A stretch of 64,000 nucleotides of DNA from the NCBI GenBank assembly GCA_964016885.1, contig OZ024741.1, positions 349,928,001-349,992,000 of the forward strand, given 5' to 3'. Positions 59,349-64,000 of this stretch are shown here, piece after piece (the first letter of the stretch is position 1; the number at the start of each line of letters is the position of its first letter). The stretch comes from Eledone cirrhosa. Taxonomy: Eukaryota. The position numbers were made by a program, and so were the translations under genes. Below the pieces are notes generated by a model. It worked only from the letters and a program-made list of their open reading frames with translations, made no database searches and was not told the DNA's origin.

Positions 59349-60871
59349 GCTGCTACTCATGATGATGATGATGCTATCTCTGCTACTACTACTAACTACA
59401 TTCCCAGTAATGTACTCCCTATACCACAAACCACCTTTCAATAGATAAATAAATACAAATATCCCAAACTACACCATTTCTTGTGATAATCTAGACGTCA
59501 CATCCTCCCATAAAAAACCACCATACATTTCATACCTTTTTTATGGATCAACGGTATCGCTTCAAAATATTTACTTACATCTTGGCTGATTTAAACACTT
59601 GTAAGCGACTTACTAGCCGGTGAATTAGCAGAGTCGTTTGAACGTCCAGTTCAACTTTGCCTTTCATCCATTCTAGATCGATCGATTTTTAAAAAAAGTA
59701 CCTGTCCAATACTATGGTAGTTTCTTCCTCTATATATCTTTCACACTTCTTTGTTCTCTCTCTCACTCTCTCTCTCTCCCTCTCCCTCTCTCCTTCTCTC
59801 TCTCTCCCTCTCTCTCTCATTCCCTTGAAGAAATAGACAGTCTTTCACTACGGCTTCTCTAGAATACCACCGGAGGTTATGGGTTCATATATACATGTGC
59901 GACTTACTACATTTCAAACGGATAAACAGTGATATATGCTGTTAGTGTTTTTTGTTGTTTAGCCACTGGTTAACTCTAATTGAATAGTCATAAGTTCAAA
60001 GGCATTCCAGTCGTGGCCATCCTGTCTTTTATTTCTTCGGATATAAAGTATCCTGGGAGTCCTTAATTTTGTTGCTCCTTTTCATACCTACCACTCTATT
60101 ACTGCATGTACTAAATAATTCGTTCAGTTAGTCGATACTAGTATACTATTACAAGCCACCAGGAGAATCTATATGTAGTCACACAAACTGCTAAAAATAA
60201 TAGCCTAATATCCCTCGAATCGCAACCGTCTTTACTGCATTGGTCTGGTATTTAATTTATCGGTCCAGAAAGAATGAAAAGCAACGTTTATTTTAGCTGG
60301 ATTTGAACTCAGAGTGCAGGAATTAGCTGCTATATATCTAAAATGAATCAAGATTAAATAAATAAAAGTGATTTGCATTCACTCTTTTTGTCATTGGTGG
60401 AAAGGAATTTCAGATAATCTAAATCACAGAATAAAGTAAAGAAAGTCATCATATTTTGGCTAGACCTTAAAGACGTATTTCATAAGACAAAAACAAATGG
60501 TTCAAAGAAAATATGGATGACACTTTCGGGTGAAGAGAAGTAACATCTACCTTTCAAAAGTGACGGGATTGCTACATGCAATTGGCAACAAACCAAACAA
60601 ATATTTACACGCTCCGTCTGCATGCAACCGAAGCTGAAAATATAACTTTTGAACCAAAACAGAATTGAAAGAAAACATAATTACCGTTCTATTCGATAAA
60701 CAACCACGCGCATTGCCTCATGATGTGAATAGTATCAACCTTAATGAATAGAAACTGTAGTGATTTCCAGAGGTTTGCTGAGGAGATAGAACAGTCCGTT
60801 TTTCCGTTATTTTTTTCCGTTGTCTGTGCTGTGTGCCCCCAGGTTTGGAATATATATATATATATATAAAT

Positions 60872-61130
60872 ATGTTGGTAAAAGGAAAAGAAAATGCTCT
60901 AATCAGATTAGAGCAAACATCACGGGCGCTCTATCTCAAAATTATTTTTGAAAAGCATTAGAAATGCGCAACCGGTAAAAACTTAAAGCCAAAACTGAAT
61001 ACTAACCAATACTTATTACTAATTTTTACTTATTCCTAATTAAACTATTTTCACTGGGAACAATTTGTCAGCATTTTCTTTTCTTCCTTTTACCAATATA
61101 TCATAACTCGTGTGTTACACCTCTATTCTT
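60872..61130. repeat. Fold-back element between microsatellites
   Basis: 'ttggtaaaaggaaaagaaaatgct' pairs with 'agcattttctt...ccttttaccaa'. Confidence 0.55.
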
Positions 61131-61134
61131 TTAA

Positions 61135-61242
<108 letters not shown>

Positions 61243-61284
61243 GAAGACTGATACTTTTCAAAAACCCGGTTCAACGCGGTAGAG

Positions 61285-61785
61285 CAATATAAAGGGCAAA
61301 TGATGACGAATAAAACAAAACAAAGTAATGTTTTTCCCAGTGTATTTCGACATGATATTTCAGAGCTGCTATCCTCTTTTCAAATGTGGGGCTGAAACAG
61401 TTCAAAACAAGACGAACAATCATCGATGTGTTTTTCATTAACTGGCCTACTTGTCTGAAATACGCATGCATCAAATCGCCTTAACAACCAGTCTGCTTCG
61501 TGCATTTCTAATCTATAATTTAGTTGTGGTCTTTCTCAGTTGATGATAATAGCCGCTTTGATTCTTAAATTGCCTATACTCCTTTCTGTCGCCTCTATGG
61601 TAACCTCAGAGTCTTGGCAGCGGCATCTGTGAAGATGCTTTTTAACAGAACCTCTCGTCGTTATGTGCTCCTTGACCGTATATGCAACATGCGGTCGGTA
61701 CTAGCCTGAAATATTATGTTGAAATACACTGGGTAAAATATTACTTTGTTCTGTTTTATTTGTAATCATTTGACCTTTGTATTTT
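61285..61785. repeat. Diverged ~80-bp inverted arms (61285-61365 / 61705-61785)
   Basis: 'acaaagtaatgtttttcccagtgtatttc...tttcag' pairs with 'ctgaaa...gaaatacactgggtaaaatattactttgt'. Confidence 0.6.
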
Positions 61786-62309
61786 TTCTAATATATATTT
61801 ATTATAATAAAACACAAGAGTCATATGAAAACCACCTCTTGTGTTAGATTTGTTTCCGAAATACTTTCCTCCTTACCCCTCTTTTTCTCACAACAGTGTT
61901 GACAACATTGTCAATAGTCAAAAAGGGCAGCTACCTACAGCTACATACCTATACATCTATCTTCGGATAATAAAAAAGTAACATCTACCTATCTAACTTT
62001 CTCTCTGTCTGTCTGTCTGCCTAGCTTTATTTTGTCTAGCCATCTGTCCCTCTGTCTAGCTGTCAGTCTGTCAGTCTGTCTATCTATCTACCTACCCACA
62101 TGCCTACCTGTCTACTTGTCTACGTATCTATTTATCTACTAACATATATGTACACTGATCTATTTGCCTGCCTTTATATATATCTGTCTATCTCCCTGTC
62201 AGACTGTCAATGTATAGTAATTTATTTATCTATATATACTAATCTAACTATATTCGGACAATAACAACAATAACTGCACCAAACCACACATCCCTATGGC
62301 TGTCCAAAC

Positions 62310-62390
<81 letters not shown>

Positions 62391-62391
<1 letters not shown>

Positions 62392-62994
62392 TTCTTTATT
62401 AGCCACAAGGGCGCAACAAGAAAGGGGACAATACAAAGACGTGCCGGGGATTTTACATACAGTCGTGTAAAAAATATAAAAACAAACAATTTCAACAATC
62501 GAAATCCCCAATAGGGGGGAGGCGCCACAAATGGGTTGTTTAATACCCCGTCGATAGAACAACCCTCAACTCAAGGAGCGTGTTGTGCAAGTGCTCCTTT
62601 CTTCCTTTTGCTCTCTTCCTCAACCTACAGGCTTATAAACAGAGAAGGCCCAATCACTCGGGCCATTTTCGCTTCATTCACCCACCTTTCAGTAAATTTA
62701 CTGGGGTGCAGTGCCTCTCTCTCCACCCTGATTCTCCTTCTAAAGTGATACTTAAAGAATGGAATCAATTGTTGTCCGGAGAGAAAGGCATCTGTCCTCA
62801 GTCCTCTCAACCTCGTCCACCATATAACTTCTTTCACCATAGCCACCGTACAGAGGAAAACCGCCTCTTTCGTTTTTGAAAGAGTCTGGCGGTTTGATCC
62901 TTACTATGGACTCGGCAGTCAACTGTATTTGTCCCATACGCGACAGCAGTTGTTCTGCATAGTTCCACAGGTCGCTTACGCCCGGGCAGTGTAC

Positions 62995-62996
<2 letters not shown>
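62391..62996 (-). pseudogene. 3' end of a Tx1/L1-like LINE embedded in (GATA)n
   Basis: Translates as VKEVIWWTRLRGLR...FFKYHFRRRIRVER...FTERW. Ends 'cttgtggctaataaagaaat' with (ATCT)n on both sides. Confidence 0.65.
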
Positions 62997-63046
<50 letters not shown>

Positions 63047-63282
63047 AATTACTAAATTAAATACTTTTACAATAGATCCTGCCATCTTTTACGGATACTA
63101 TGGTAAGTTATGTATCGTGCCTTTATCTCTCTCTATATATATATATATATATCTCCCTCTCTCTCTCTCTTGCTCCCTCTCCCTCTCTCTCTCTATATAT
63201 ATATATCTCCCTCTCTCTCTCTCTCGCTCCCTCTCCCTCTCTTTCTCTCTCTCTCTCTCTCTCTGTATATATATATATATAT

Positions 63283-63804
<522 letters not shown>

Positions 63805-64000
63805 CTACTACTACTACTACTATCCAACAATAACATGTATGTATGGAGAAGCCAGGTTACTAGTCTTACGTCCTATAAACAGATGTATGCGTATGTATAT
63901 ATCATTATATATAAGCATGTGTATGTATGTATACGTGTTTTTACATTGTATGCTTATACATACATACATACATACATACATACATACATACATACATACA

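Overview
This is AT-rich, microsatellite-saturated eukaryotic DNA. The SINE types and the (TA)n/(CA)n/(TACA)n density suggest a coleoid cephalopod such as Octopus (inference). I recognise no intact host gene, and most ORFs in the track are translated microsatellites. The window is a mosaic of tRNA-derived SINEs, LINE remnants (RTE, Tx1/L1-like, restriction-like-endonuclease type), hAT and Tc1/mariner elements, and three Penelope-like element (PLE) coding remnants. Two results stand out. (1) Many short, sequence-unrelated elements sit in (TA)n tracts. Several carry type-I hammerhead ribozyme motifs, several form fold-back palindromes with a one-sided tail, and many share a covarying bulged hairpin (RCTC-stem...TN-GAGY) that starts 4-5 nt past the point where the inverted or tail-less copy ends. 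This may be a conserved PLE initiation signal. (2) A 3.4-kb hAT composite (decayed autonomous element + 756-bp passenger + MITE) has nested target-site duplications and splits an RTE reading frame that rejoins in frame when the composite is removed.
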